This document shows positions 36,164 through 45,924 of a stretch of 64,000 bases of DNA, one piece after another. Origin of the DNA: Gemmatimonadales bacterium (GTDB lineage: Bacteria; Gemmatimonadota; Gemmatimonadetes; Gemmatimonadales; GWC2-71-9); assembly GCA_037189525.1 (NCBI GenBank), contig JBBCJC010000003.1, positions 640,001 to 704,000 of the forward strand. The letters run 5' to 3'. The position numbers and the translations under genes were made by a program. The notes under the pieces are model-generated. The model saw only the letters and a program-made list of their open reading frames with translations. It was not told the origin of the DNA and searched no databases. Each line of letters opens with the position of its first letter. Within the stretch, counting starts at the first letter, position 1.

Positions 36164-36688
36164 ATGAAGATGCGAACCATGAATTGGTTGGTCCTGGCGG
36201 GGACGTTGGTCGCGGCGCCGATGGTGGCGCAGGAGCGCCCGAACCGTCCGAACCGCCCCGATCCCGAGCGGGTCGAGCGCGCGCGGCAGATGATCGAGAC
36301 CCGGTTTCTCCGCCGGCTGAGCACCGAACTGCAGCTCGACTCGACGCAGACGGGCAAAGTACGCGAAATCCTGGCTGCCTCCGCGACCAAGCGGCGCACG
36401 CTGATGCAGGAAGGCCGGCAAACACGCATCGAACTGCAGCAACAGATGCAGCCGGGCGTCGCGGCCGATGGGTCCACGGTCAATCGTCTGATCGATAACC
36501 TGGTCCGGAATCGCACGGCGCAGGCGCAGTCGTTCGAGGAAGAGCAGCAGGCGCTGGCCGGGGTTCTCTCGCCGGTACAGCGGGCGCGGTATCTGCTGCT
36601 GCGGGAGCGGCTGGTGCAGGGGGTTCGCGATGTTCGCGGCGCCCGCGGCGGGGCAGCGCCGCATCAGCGGATGCGCAATCGTCCCTGA
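36164..36688 (+). CDS. Spy/CpxP-like periplasmic helical protein
   Basis: Signal peptide; LQLDSTQ and VLSPVQR (LTxxQ-like) motifs. Confidence 0.75.
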   Translation: MKMRTMNWLVLAGTLVAAPMVAQERPNRPNRPDPERVERARQMIETRFLRRLSTELQLDSTQTGKVREILAASATKRRTLMQEGRQTRIELQQQMQPGVAADGSTVNRLIDNLVRNRTAQAQSFEEEQQALAGVLSPVQRARYLLLRERLVQGVRDVRGARGGAAPHQRMRNRP

Positions 36689-36738
36689 ACGGGCCGCCCG
36701 GGTGTAGATTTCGCCTCTCACCAGAGGAGAGGTGAACG

Positions 36739-38067
36739 GTGCGAATCTTGACCCTGGCGGCATGTCTGGTCGGCGCAACTCCCGCGGTTGCGCCGGCGCA
36801 GAGCCCGGTGATCTATCGGGTGCCGATTACCGGTGTTATCGAGAACGGTCTGGCGCCTTACGTAGCGCGCGCGATCAAAACGGCCGAGGCAGCCAATGCC
36901 TCGGCCATCGTGCTCGACATCGACACACCGGGCGGCCGGGTCGATGCGGCGGAGCGAATCGTCGATGCCGTGCAGGGGGCATCGATCCCCGTTTATGCCT
37001 TTATCAATCCGCGAGCCTACAGCGCCGGCGCCATGATCGCCCTGGCTGCCAAGGGCATCTACATGCAGCCCACGGGCGTGGTGGGCGCGGCCACGCCCGT
37101 CGATGGCGAAGGCACCAAAGCCTCCGAGAAAATGGTGAGCGCGATGCGCGCCGCCTTTCGAGCCTTGGCCGAAGCGCGCGGGGTCGATCCGCGCCTGGCG
37201 GAGGGCATGGTCGACGAGACCATCGAGATTCCCGATGTCAAACCGGCCGGCGTGCTGCTCACCTTGACGGCGGGTGAAGCGCTCCGCCACGGATTTGCTC
37301 AGGATACGGCTCGCTCACTCCGGGATGTCGCGGCGGCCGTCGGCGCGGCGAATCCCGTGGTCGAGGAAGTGCCGATCAACTGGGCCGAGCGGGTGGTGCG
37401 CTTCTTGACCCATCCTGTGGTCTCGCCGTTGCTCCTCTCGCTGGGCATGCTCGGTCTGATCTTCGAGATCAAAACGGGCGCTTTTGGTCTGGGCGGGGTC
37501 GTGAGCCTTGGCGCGCTCGGCTTGTTTTTCGGCTCGGGTGTCTTGCTGGGGTTGGCGGGTTGGGAAGAGGTCATTCTGCTGGTGCTGGGAATCGTAGCCA
37601 TCGGGGTGGAGGTCTTCCTGCTACCCGGGTTCGGCGTGGCGGGGTTGCTGGGCTTGGGCCTGGTGGGCACCTCGATCGTCCTTGCGATGGTGAGCGGCGT
37701 TCCCACCGGCGGCGATCTGATCCAGGCCGGGGCGATTCTCGTGGCGGCGCTCGTGATTACCGTGGCGGTGGCCTTTGCCTGGATCCGCCATCTGCCTAAC
37801 AGCCGCCGCTTCAGCAAGGCGCTGCTTGGTGAGGAGCTGCGGACGGAGACCGGATACATTGCGGCGCCGCCACGGCCGGATCTGATTGGGCGGACCGGGG
37901 TGGCGGTAACCGATTTGCGACCGGCTGGGGTCGTCGCGATCGACGACGAGCGGATCGACGTCGTGACCGAAGGTGAGTTCGTCGCCGCTGGTACCATGGT
38001 GGCGGTCATCAGGGCCGAATCGTATCGCCACATCGTCCGCGCGGCGAACGATCGCGTAGCACCGTAG
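36739..38067 (+). CDS. nfeD: Long-form NfeD (ClpP-like protease, TM region, OB fold), YqeZ-like
   Basis: IDTPGG, AYSAGAMIAL, EK, LPGFGVAG, TDLRPAG, DVVTEG. SD GAGGAG. Confidence 0.92.
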   Translation: MRILTLAACLVGATPAVAPAQSPVIYRVPITGVIENGLAPYVARAIKTAEAANASAIVLDIDTPGGRVDAAERIVDAVQGASIPVYAFINPRAYSAGAMIALAAKGIYMQPTGVVGAATPVDGEGTKASEKMVSAMRAAFRALAEARGVDPRLAEGMVDETIEIPDVKPAGVLLTLTAGEALRHGFAQDTARSLRDVAAAVGAANPVVEEVPINWAERVVRFLTHPVVSPLLLSLGMLGLIFEIKTGAFGLGGVVSLGALGLFFGSGVLLGLAGWEEVILLVLGIVAIGVEVFLLPGFGVAGLLGLGLVGTSIVLAMVSGVPTGGDLIQAGAILVAALVITVAVAFAWIRHLPNSRRFSKALLGEELRTETGYIAAPPRPDLIGRTGVAVTDLRPAGVVAIDDERIDVVTEGEFVAAGTMVAVIRAESYRHIVRAANDRVAP

Positions 38068-38125
38068 TACATGACCCGGCGGCCGGTGGCTGCCGGCGGA
38101 TACTCGACTCGAGAGGGGGAAGCGC

Positions 38126-39130
38126 GTGGATCAGGACGCAGTGGGACTCGGATTGCTCGTAGCGATGATCGTCGGCGGCCTGGTGCTGCTGTCGATCTTC
38201 TTCCGTTTCGTTCCGATCGGGCTCTGGTTCCAGGCCTTGGTGTCGGGAGTGCGGGTCTCGTTCCTCCAACTCTTCTTCATGCGTTTCCGCCGGGTCGATC
38301 CCGCGTCGATCGTGAATCCGCTGGTCAATGCGCACAAAGCGGGCATGGCGCTGACTGCCGATCAGCTCGAGTCGCACTATCTCTCGGGCGGCAACGTGGC
38401 GCGGGTGGTCAATGCGCTCATCTCGGCCGGTAAGGCCGGTATCCCGCTCGACTTCAAGCAGGCGACCGCGATCGACCTCGCCGGTCGGGATGTATTCGAG
38501 GCGGTGCAGGTCAGCGTCAACCCGAAGGTGATTACGACGCCGAAAGTCGCCGCCATGGCGAAGGACGGCATTCAGCTCCTGGCGCTGGCCCGGGTGACCG
38601 TACGCGCGAATATCAACCGTCTGGTCGGCGGCGCGGGCGAAGAAACCATTCTGGCCCGTGTCGGCGAAGGTATCGTCAGCACGATCGGTTCGGCAGCCGG
38701 GCACAAGTCCGTGCTCGAGAATCCCGATATGATCTCGAAGACCGTGCTGGCCAAGGGACTCGACGCGGGAACCGCCTACGAGATTCTCTCGATCGATATC
38801 GCCGACGTTGACGTGGGCAAGAACATCGGGGCAGAGTTGCAGACCGATCAGGCCGAAGCCGACAAGCGGATTGCGCAGGCCAAGGCGGAAGAGCGCCGGG
38901 CGCTGGCGGTGGCCATGGAGCAGGAGTACAAGGCCGGGGTCCAGAAGGAGCGGGCCAAGCTGGTTGCTGCGGAGGCCGAGATTCCGCTGGCCATGGCGGA
39001 AGCGTTCCGGCGCGGCATGCTCGGTGTGATGGACTATCAGCGGATCAGGAACGTCGAGGCGGACACGCAGATGCGGAACGCCATTGCGGGGCAATCGGAC
39101 AGCGGCACGTCCTCCGGACCGTTGGGCTAA
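38126..39130 (+). CDS. floA: Flotillin-like protein FloA (YqfA/YdfA family)
   Basis: [71 protein letters not shown]. Confidence 0.95.
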   Translation: MDQDAVGLGLLVAMIVGGLVLLSIFFRFVPIGLWFQALVSGVRVSFLQLFFMRFRRVDPASIVNPLVNAHKAGMALTADQLESHYLSGGNVARVVNALISAGKAGIPLDFKQATAIDLAGRDVFEAVQVSVNPKVITTPKVAAMAKDGIQLLALARVTVRANINRLVGGAGEETILARVGEGIVSTIGSAAGHKSVLENPDMISKTVLAKGLDAGTAYEILSIDIADVDVGKNIGAELQTDQAEADKRIAQAKAEERRALAVAMEQEYKAGVQKERAKLVAAEAEIPLAMAEAFRRGMLGVMDYQRIRNVEADTQMRNAIAGQSDSGTSSGPLG

Positions 39131-39711
39131 TGGAGTTAATCTTTCTCCTGGTTCTGTTTGCGATCGGCAATCTGCTCAAAGCGAACGCCGAGAAGAAGCA
39201 GCGCGAGCAGGCCGAGCGGGAACTCGAACTCGGGGAGCACACCCCCGATCGCGACGATCTGATGGAAGAGATTCGTCGCGCCATGGAAGGGATGCGGCAG
39301 CAGCGGCAGCCCGAGGCTGCTGCTCCGCCGTACTCGAGAACGGGCGGCGCGCAGCTATCGACGATCGATCGCGACGACGACGGCTTCGATGAGGAGGACG
39401 AGACGCTCGAAGAGGTTCCGGTGGTGCGGAGCCTCGAGGACGAGGTGCGCCGCCCCGAACGGGAGCGTGTCGATTACGATGCGGAGTCGAAAGCAGCGGT
39501 CCAGCGACGGATCGAATGGGCCGAGGTTCGGGCGCGAGCGCATCGTCCGGAAGATCATCGCGCCTTCGATCGGCGGATTCGGGCGGAACCCGAGGCTCCC
39601 GGACCCGCCGAGGAGCACGCATCGGTCCGTAGACCCGATCTGCGGCAACTGGTTGTCTGGCAGGAAATTCTCGGAAAGCCCGTCGCGCTCCGCGAGCGGG
39701 ATGATAGATAG
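39130..39711 (+). CDS. Hypothetical protein, YqfB-like position (N-terminal TM, C-terminal LRQLVVWQEILGKPVALR)
   Basis: TAATG coupling to floA; conserved-looking C-terminal EILG.P.ALR motif. Confidence 0.78.
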   Translation: MELIFLLVLFAIGNLLKANAEKKQREQAERELELGEHTPDRDDLMEEIRRAMEGMRQQRQPEAAAPPYSRTGGAQLSTIDRDDDGFDEEDETLEEVPVVRSLEDEVRRPERERVDYDAESKAAVQRRIEWAEVRARAHRPEDHRAFDRRIRAEPEAPGPAEEHASVRRPDLRQLVVWQEILGKPVALRERDDR

Positions 39712-39720
39712 GCGTCCCGA

Positions 39721-40569
39721 TCAGGTTCCACGAACCCAGAGCAGTATGACGCCGCACGCGGCTCCCGGGATCTCGGGTGGGACGTTCGATCCCGGTCTCG
39801 GGTCGGGGGCGGGCGGAGTCGTTACCGTGTAGCGGACCGGCGTTTCCGACCCGCGGCGGTATACCTCGACGGCGTCGAGACTGCTGACCTGATACCTGTT
39901 GAGGTCAGGATCCTGGGTGCGAATATCGTTGACGTAGAGGGTCATCGTACATTTGGACGACGGGTTGGCTATCGTCGGAGTTCGATTGCCGATCGCGAAC
40001 GCTTTGTTGCCGACCGGTTCGACGAGCACCTCGACGCCGAGTTGTCTGACGAGATCGGCCAACTGGCGATGTTCGTTGTCGCGAAGGTCTTCAGGTAACA
40101 GAAATCGCCCGAATCCGGTTCGCTTGCGCTCCTCGATCTCCGTGAGCACCCGGGACCGCTTCGGGGCTCGAACATAGATCGGTTCGAGCTCCGGTATCCA
40201 GGCGTTCAGGCTCAGATCGATGTCCAGGCTATCCGAGCTCTCGATCTTGAGCGTGGCGACCGCGCCTTCGAAGCCGACCCGCCGGACCCGCAACTGATGC
40301 GAACCAATCGGAATCCCGGCGATGCGAAAGTCGCCCGAATCGTTGGTCCATTCCCGAAGCTTCAGGTTCTCGATCAGGACTTCGACCATTGCCAGCGGCG
40401 CTTGCGATTGGGCCGCCCTGATCCGGCCTTTGAGCACAGCCTGCGCGGCGAGATCCTGGCCGGCCAGCGCAAGGAAGGCCAGGAGCACAACCGCGCAGCG
40501 GCTACGAATGCTCGTAGTGCGAGTGGGAATGCCCGATGCTGATATCGGCAGAATGTCAGATGACTGCAT
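39721..40569 (-). CDS. Secreted carboxypeptidase-regulatory-like domain + TonB-plug-like domain protein
   Basis: TNDSGDFRI, VRRVGF, LEPIYV, ERKRTGFGRF, AVEVYR, ACGVILLW. SD GGGAG before ATG 40569. Confidence 0.8.
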   Translation of the reverse strand: MQSSDILPISASGIPTRTTSIRSRCAVVLLAFLALAGQDLAAQAVLKGRIRAAQSQAPLAMVEVLIENLKLREWTNDSGDFRIAGIPIGSHQLRVRRVGFEGAVATLKIESSDSLDIDLSLNAWIPELEPIYVRAPKRSRVLTEIEERKRTGFGRFLLPEDLRDNEHRQLADLVRQLGVEVLVEPVGNKAFAIGNRTPTIANPSSKCTMTLYVNDIRTQDPDLNRYQVSSLDAVEVYRRGSETPVRYTVTTPPAPDPRPGSNVPPEIPGAACGVILLWVRGT

Positions 40570-40649
40570 CGTTGTACTCCCACCAGTCCGCAAGCTAGGC
40601 GGATATCAGGGCCTCAATCATGTTCGCGCCGGATGGGCATTCTCGCATC

Positions 40650-40985
40650 CTATCCCGACCGGGACCACAGCAGAATGATTCCGCATGACGCACCAGTTCC
40701 GACGTACTGGATCGGGGCTTCTGTTGCGCTGCGATAGACCTCGACCGCCTCGAGCTGGCTGAGAGGGAACATCCCGAGGTTATTGGTGTGTACCGGCATT
40801 CCGTTGATCAGTATTCGGAGGTCGCATTTCATACTTCTGCCGGCCGCAGCAGGGCCGCTGCTTCGCCCGCCGCACTGCGATCGTCCTTTCAATGGCAGTA
40901 TCCCTACAGAGGAACCGGCGCACTCGAAGACGTTCGCGCCAGGCTGTCGGCAGATAGGCAAATGACCGCCAGGTCCGAAGGCCGT
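40650..40985 (-). pseudogene. Truncated, frameshifted paralog of the neighbouring plug-like protein
   Basis: CDLRILING...LEAVEVYRS...ASCGIILLWSR matches the neighbour's C-terminus; no signal peptide or N-terminal domain. Confidence 0.65.
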
Positions 40986-41552
40986 CTAGGGGCTCCCGAA
41001 CTCCGCCGTGTACCGCTGCATGCATTCGAGGATGATCTTCTGTGCCGCGGCGGCATTGTCGAAGCCGCGACTTTCCTGGCGGCGCACACCCTCGCCCTCG
41101 AGCTCTTTGTAGACGAGAAAGAAGTGCTCGATCTCCCGCAGCGTGTGGGAAGGCAGGTCGCCGAGATCGTGGATTTCCCGGGTCCACGGGTCGGCGAGCG
41201 GGACCGCTAAAATCTTCTCGTCGTTCTCGCCCTTGTCGACCAGCTTGAACACCCCAACCGGCCGGACCTCGATCAGGCAGCCCGGGAACACCGGTTCGGT
41301 CATCGCGACCAGGACGTCGAGCGGGTCGTGATCTTCGGCCAGCGTCCGCGGGAGGAACCCGTAGTCGCCGGGGTAGTGCATGGCGCTGTGGAGGACGCGG
41401 TCCAGGCGGAAGATGCCGAGTTCCTTGTCCAGTTCGTACTTGTTCTGGTCGTTCTTGGGGATCTCGATCAGGGCGTTGACGACTTCCGGCGGGTTCGGGC
41501 CGGTCGGAACGTCATGCCAGAGATGGACGGGGCTGCGCGGATTGATTGGCAC
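40986..41552 (-). CDS. ppa: Inorganic pyrophosphatase, family I
   Basis: IEIPK, KYELDK, YPGDYG, DHDPLD, DKGENDEK, HFF.VYKELE. Confidence 0.95.
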   Translation of the reverse strand: MPINPRSPVHLWHDVPTGPNPPEVVNALIEIPKNDQNKYELDKELGIFRLDRVLHSAMHYPGDYGFLPRTLAEDHDPLDVLVAMTEPVFPGCLIEVRPVGVFKLVDKGENDEKILAVPLADPWTREIHDLGDLPSHTLREIEHFFLVYKELEGEGVRRQESRGFDNAAAAQKIILECMQRYTAEFGSP

Positions 41553-41658
41553 TTGGGCGGCTTCGCAGAACGTGAGCCTCGAATCTAAGCGGGTCGGAGA
41601 CCGGATTCGAACTTCCGGCAACGATCCCGACTCCCAATCCGATTGTTCGCGGAATCGC

Positions 41659-41687
41659 TTGCCCGAAGCAGGGGGCCTGGGCATATT
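41659..41687 (+). promoter_or_regulatory. Putative sigma70 promoter of tRNA-Leu
   Basis: TTGCCC-N17-CATATT. Confidence 0.5.
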
Positions 41688-41697
41688 TGCCGGCCTT

Positions 41698-41780
41698 GCC
41701 CGAGTGGCGGAATGGCAGACGCAGTGGACTCAAAATCCACCGGGGGCAACCCCGTGCGAGTTCGACTCTCGCCTCGGGCA
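41698..41780 (+). tRNA. tRNA-Leu (anticodon CAA); CCA not encoded
   Basis: GCCCGAG/CTCGGGC acceptor stem, D loop GGAATGGCAGAC, anticodon arm GTGGA-CTCAAAA-TCCAC, long variable arm, GTTCGACT T-loop. Confidence 0.96.
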
Positions 41781-41832
41781 CTGCAGGTCTCCAACGGCCT
41801 CCCCTCATCTCAGTCACCGGTGACCCTTCCGC

Positions 41833-43317
41833 ATGTCTTTGACCACCGTCCTTACCGACATCCTTCCCCATGAGTTTCAGGGGCCGCTGCTCGTCGTCCT
41901 GACCGGTGAGGGCGGTGTGCCCGACTCGCTGCGTGCGCTCGATGCCCGGTTGGATGGAGCCTTGGGACGGGTCTATGGCAGCGGGGATTTCTCAGGTAAG
42001 AAGGACGAAACCGTCGCCCTCTATCCCAACGGCGAGCTGGGCAGAGTCCTGTTGGTCGGCGTCGGAAAGACCCCCGGGCGGGCGGCCTGGCGTCGGGGTG
42101 CAGCCGTCGGTGCCAAGCGCGCCCGGGTCCTGGGCGCTGCCACGGCCGGAGTTGCCGTTGCCACCGAGTTCCAGGCCGATCTTTCGACCACGCAGCTCTA
42201 TCAGGCGTTGGCCGAGGGGGTGGCGCAAGGGGCCTGGTATTTCCCCGACATGAAGCGGCCACCGGAACAGCCCAAGGCGGCGCTCACCCGGGTCGAACTG
42301 CTCGCACCGAAGGCCGATCGGGAGGCTGCCACCGCCGGGCTGCGCATCGGTGAGGCGGTAGGCGCCGGTCATCAACTGGCCCGGGGCGTTCAGGTCCTGC
42401 CGCCCAATGTGCTGACCCCCGAACGCCTGGCCGAGGAGGCGCGGACGCTGGCCGGTCGTCACGGGTTCGGGGTGACGGTGCTCGATGCCGCGCAGGCCGA
42501 AGCCGAAGGGTTGCGCGCCTTGCTGGCGGTGGGCCAGGGGTCGGCCAACCCGCCCCGATTCATCGTCCTCGAGTATCGGGGGAGCGCCGGGGCGCCTGCC
42601 GTGCTGGTGGGCAAGGGAGTCACCTTCGATACCGGCGGCATCTCCATCAAGCCCGCGCAGAGCATGGAGGACATGAAGTACGACATGTCCGGCGCGGCGG
42701 CCGTGCTGGGTGCCTTCGATGTGCTGGGTCGTCTGAAGCCGCCGTTCAATGTGGTCGGCCTGATTCCCACCGCCGAGAACATGCCGTCGGGAACCGCCTA
42801 TCGCCCCGCGGATGTGGTCACGGCACATTTCGGCAAGACGATCGAGGTCGTCAACACCGATGCCGAAGGACGGTTGCTCCTGGTCGATGCCTTGTCGTAT
42901 GCGCGGCGATTCCAGCCGGCCTGGGTCGTCAATATCGCGACGCTGACGGGCGCAATCGGGATTGCGCTGGGTCAGACCGCGGCGGGAGTGATGGGAACCG
43001 ATGCCGGTCTGGTCCAGGACGTCCTGGCCGCCGGGCGGGATGCCCATGAACGGGCCTGGGAACTCCCGCTCTGGGACGAATACCGGGACCTGATCAAGTC
43101 GGACATTGCCGACGTCAAGAATTCCGGCGGGCGGTTGGCGGGCAGCATCACGGCCGGCTGGTTTCTCCGCGAGTTTGTCGACGGGTATCCCTGGGCGCAC
43201 ATCGATATCGCGGCAACGGCATATACCGATCGCGATGATGCCGCTTTGGTCAAAGGCCCGACGGGTTTCGGGGTACGCCTCTTTACCGAGCTGCTCTTCC
43301 GTCGGGCAGGTGCCTAA
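41833..43317 (+). CDS. pepA: Leucyl aminopeptidase (M17)
   Basis: VGKGVTFDTGGISIK, MKYDMSGAA, ENMPSG, NTDAEGRL, ATLTG. Confidence 0.95.
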   Translation: MSLTTVLTDILPHEFQGPLLVVLTGEGGVPDSLRALDARLDGALGRVYGSGDFSGKKDETVALYPNGELGRVLLVGVGKTPGRAAWRRGAAVGAKRARVLGAATAGVAVATEFQADLSTTQLYQALAEGVAQGAWYFPDMKRPPEQPKAALTRVELLAPKADREAATAGLRIGEAVGAGHQLARGVQVLPPNVLTPERLAEEARTLAGRHGFGVTVLDAAQAEAEGLRALLAVGQGSANPPRFIVLEYRGSAGAPAVLVGKGVTFDTGGISIKPAQSMEDMKYDMSGAAAVLGAFDVLGRLKPPFNVVGLIPTAENMPSGTAYRPADVVTAHFGKTIEVVNTDAEGRLLLVDALSYARRFQPAWVVNIATLTGAIGIALGQTAAGVMGTDAGLVQDVLAAGRDAHERAWELPLWDEYRDLIKSDIADVKNSGGRLAGSITAGWFLREFVDGYPWAHIDIAATAYTDRDDAALVKGPTGFGVRLFTELLFRRAGA

Positions 43318-43319
43318 CG

Positions 43320-43928
43320 GTGTTTCGCCTGCTGGTCGGTGCGCTGCTGCTCGGCCTCGCCGCGGGGTGCGGGTCGGATCCCACCGGCGCCACGGCCGAA
43401 GTCGCTTTCGACTTTGCCTTCGAGGACCCGGTGGGCGATACCACCGCGGCGACCGCCAACCCGAACGAGGTGCCGGCCATCGATCTGGTGGCCGTCTCGG
43501 GTCGGGTCGAGGCTGCGTCGGTTCGCGTGGTGCTCGAGTTTGCCGAGCCGATTTCCCGCTGGAGCGACGGGTTGGCGAACGGGCTCGATGGTTTCATCCA
43601 TTTCGATGTCGATCAGAACGCCGGCACCCCGTCCGGCACCGTGGCGCAGGGCGGGGAGTTCTACATCGATCTGCGGGACAACGGATTCGGTAAGGTCGGC
43701 CTGGTGGCCGTGACGGCGCGGACCATTACGGTGCTCGACGCGACGTTCGAGGGCAACCGGTTCGAGGTCGTGGTGCCGCGCCGCGCGCTCGAAACCTCGA
43801 ACGACACGGACAACCGGCTCGATCTGCTGGTGCGGGTCGGATCGCGCAATCGCGTTCCGCTGACCGACCGAGGGCCGGATGGAGAGGATCGCTACCGCTT
43901 GGTGCCGCCCGGCGAGGAGACGCCATGA
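43320..43928 (+). CDS. Hypothetical lipoprotein
   Basis: LAAG|C lipobox; DPVGD and FDVDQN acidic motifs. Confidence 0.75.
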   Translation: MFRLLVGALLLGLAAGCGSDPTGATAEVAFDFAFEDPVGDTTAATANPNEVPAIDLVAVSGRVEAASVRVVLEFAEPISRWSDGLANGLDGFIHFDVDQNAGTPSGTVAQGGEFYIDLRDNGFGKVGLVAVTARTITVLDATFEGNRFEVVVPRRALETSNDTDNRLDLLVRVGSRNRVPLTDRGPDGEDRYRLVPPGEETP

Positions 43929-45772
43929 GGCGCGTGCTGATCGCCCTCGGGATGGCGCTCCTGGCCTCACCGCTCGTTGCGCAGGTGCCGGATTCGCTGC
44001 GCGCCGACAGCCTCGCCGCGGTAGATACCACCGACTATTCCGCACTCTTCCTCCGCAGCCACGAGGAAAGCCGCGAGCGGGTTCCGGTCTATCCGCGGTT
44101 GGGCCGGACCGGGCTGCTTCCGGCGCTGGCTCGGCGCGTGATCGACCGCGACTCGCTCGAGTGGCATGCCGCGCAGACGGTGTCGGATCTGATTGCCAAG
44201 GTTCCCGGTGTCTATATCGCCCGAGGCGGCTGGGTCGGGCGACCGGAGCCGGTCCACTTTCAAGGGCGCGGCATGGCATCGGCCGAGTACTTGATCGACG
44301 GGTTTCCGATGCTTCCGCTCGGCGCGGACAGCATCAGCGTCGATCCGTCGTTGCTCCCTCTCAGCTTTTTCGACCGGGTCGAAATCGAGCGGTTGCCTGG
44401 ACAGCTGCGCATCCATCTGTTCACGCGGCAGCACGACCGCCTGCCGCCGCGTACACGGGTCGGGGTGGCCAGCGGCGATTTCGACATTGCGCGCTATCTG
44501 GGCTCGCTGGAGCGACGGAGCCGGGGCGGATTCGGGTTCGTCGTGGCGGCCGATCATTTGGCCATTCCGCTCCGCACGGGCGACCAAGGGGCCTATAGCA
44601 GCACCCAGTTCTGGCTGCAGATGAGCTATGTGCCGCAGAATGGGCCCTTGAAGGCGATGGCGCAAATCATCCGCGGCGGTTTCGATCGCGGTGTGATTCG
44701 GGCGATCGAGCCGGGTGGCCAGACCTTGGGCGACTCCCTCTCGCTGGGGATCGACGGCGGTCGCACCGATGCGCAGGCCAGTCTGATTTACCAGCCGCGC
44801 ACCGACGGTCTAGGACTTCGGGCCGCCTTGCTGGCAGGGTACAGCAGCTGGTCGGAAGATTCGACGGCGCTCTCGCTCGGCACACCCGATGGTCATATCC
44901 GCTGGATCGACCAGGCGCTCTGGCAGTTTGGTGCGCAGCTCGGGGTGCGCAGCCGGACCGCCAGTTTCGATGCAACGGCCTGGCACCGGACCCGCTGGAC
45001 CCCGATCGATGTCCGGGCCACGCTCGGCGTCAACCCGGTCGCGCCGGTTACGCTCAGCGCGGAAGGGGTCTATCGGCAGCACGAACAGGATCGAATCAGC
45101 CAGTGGGTGACCGGTCGCGCCGGAATTGCCCTGCCGCTCGGCTTTCGCGCTACGGGCCAGGTGCGCACCGGCAGCGTGGTGGCCTCTCCCACGTTGCTGG
45201 ACGAGCCGGCGCAGGACCTGACCGATCTGGGAGGGCTGGTGGCCCTGGGCGGCTCCCGGTTGTGGGCCGAGGTGGGATACTGGCGGACCAGCGGATTTGC
45301 CCCGTCGGCGTTCCCGCTCTATCCGGCGATCGGATCGATTGCGCCGAGTCGGCAGACCAACTGGCTGACGGTGTCGGGGCGGATCGCGCCGTTCCAGTGG
45401 TTCAGCATCGACGGGTGGTACAGTAACCCGATCAATGGCCGTCCCGACGGCCAGCCGCCGACCCACTCGATCGTCAACGCCACCCTGCAGAGCCGCTTTT
45501 TGCCGACCTTCCGGAGCGGCATCTTTGCCCTCAAGCTGCAGGGCAGCATGGAAACCTGGGGGACCGGGACCGCCGGTCGGACGGCCGACGGTGAGCCGAT
45601 CACCCTCAAGGGCGCGACCTTCATTCGGGCTCACATCCAGCTCAAGATCGGCGACTTCGTCGCCTACTACGATCGGGCCAACTTCCAGGCCAGTCGGCTT
45701 GGCTACGTGCCCGATCTCGCCATGCTCCGGCTGGCCAGCACGTTCGGGGTCCGCTGGGAGTTCTCCAACTGA
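43925..45772 (+). CDS. Outer-membrane beta-barrel protein with TonB-dependent receptor plug domain
   Basis: Signal peptide; TVSDLIAKVPGV, YLIDG.P and RVEIER plug motifs; C-terminal GVRWEFSN. Confidence 0.78.
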   Translation: MRRVLIALGMALLASPLVAQVPDSLRADSLAAVDTTDYSALFLRSHEESRERVPVYPRLGRTGLLPALARRVIDRDSLEWHAAQTVSDLIAKVPGVYIARGGWVGRPEPVHFQGRGMASAEYLIDGFPMLPLGADSISVDPSLLPLSFFDRVEIERLPGQLRIHLFTRQHDRLPPRTRVGVASGDFDIARYLGSLERRSRGGFGFVVAADHLAIPLRTGDQGAYSSTQFWLQMSYVPQNGPLKAMAQIIRGGFDRGVIRAIEPGGQTLGDSLSLGIDGGRTDAQASLIYQPRTDGLGLRAALLAGYSSWSEDSTALSLGTPDGHIRWIDQALWQFGAQLGVRSRTASFDATAWHRTRWTPIDVRATLGVNPVAPVTLSAEGVYRQHEQDRISQWVTGRAGIALPLGFRATGQVRTGSVVASPTLLDEPAQDLTDLGGLVALGGSRLWAEVGYWRTSGFAPSAFPLYPAIGSIAPSRQTNWLTVSGRIAPFQWFSIDGWYSNPINGRPDGQPPTHSIVNATLQSRFLPTFRSGIFALKLQGSMETWGTGTAGRTADGEPITLKGATFIRAHIQLKIGDFVAYYDRANFQASRLGYVPDLAMLRLASTFGVRWEFSN

Positions 45773-45924
45773 TCCTGATCCGCTGCCGCGTTTCGTAACT
45801 CCTTGTCACAGGCGGGGATAGAGGTGTCTGCGGGGCGGGGGTGGCGTCCCGGTCCCGGCCTATCTTCGGCGCCCGTCTTCCGGTAGATTTCGGGGCTAGG
45901 CCTGGAATGCACTCGGGAGGTCCG

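Noticed and set aside
41589..41632. tRNA 3'-fragment (GTTCGAATCC on minus strand) as a second tRNA or att site
   Set aside because: T-stem does not pair in tRNA register, no D or anticodon arm, no match to the tRNA-Leu 3' end, and no integrase nearby; a simple hairpin suffices.
41698..43317. Functional link between tRNA-Leu and leucyl aminopeptidase
   Set aside because: No T-box or attenuator seen; adjacency is probably coincidental.
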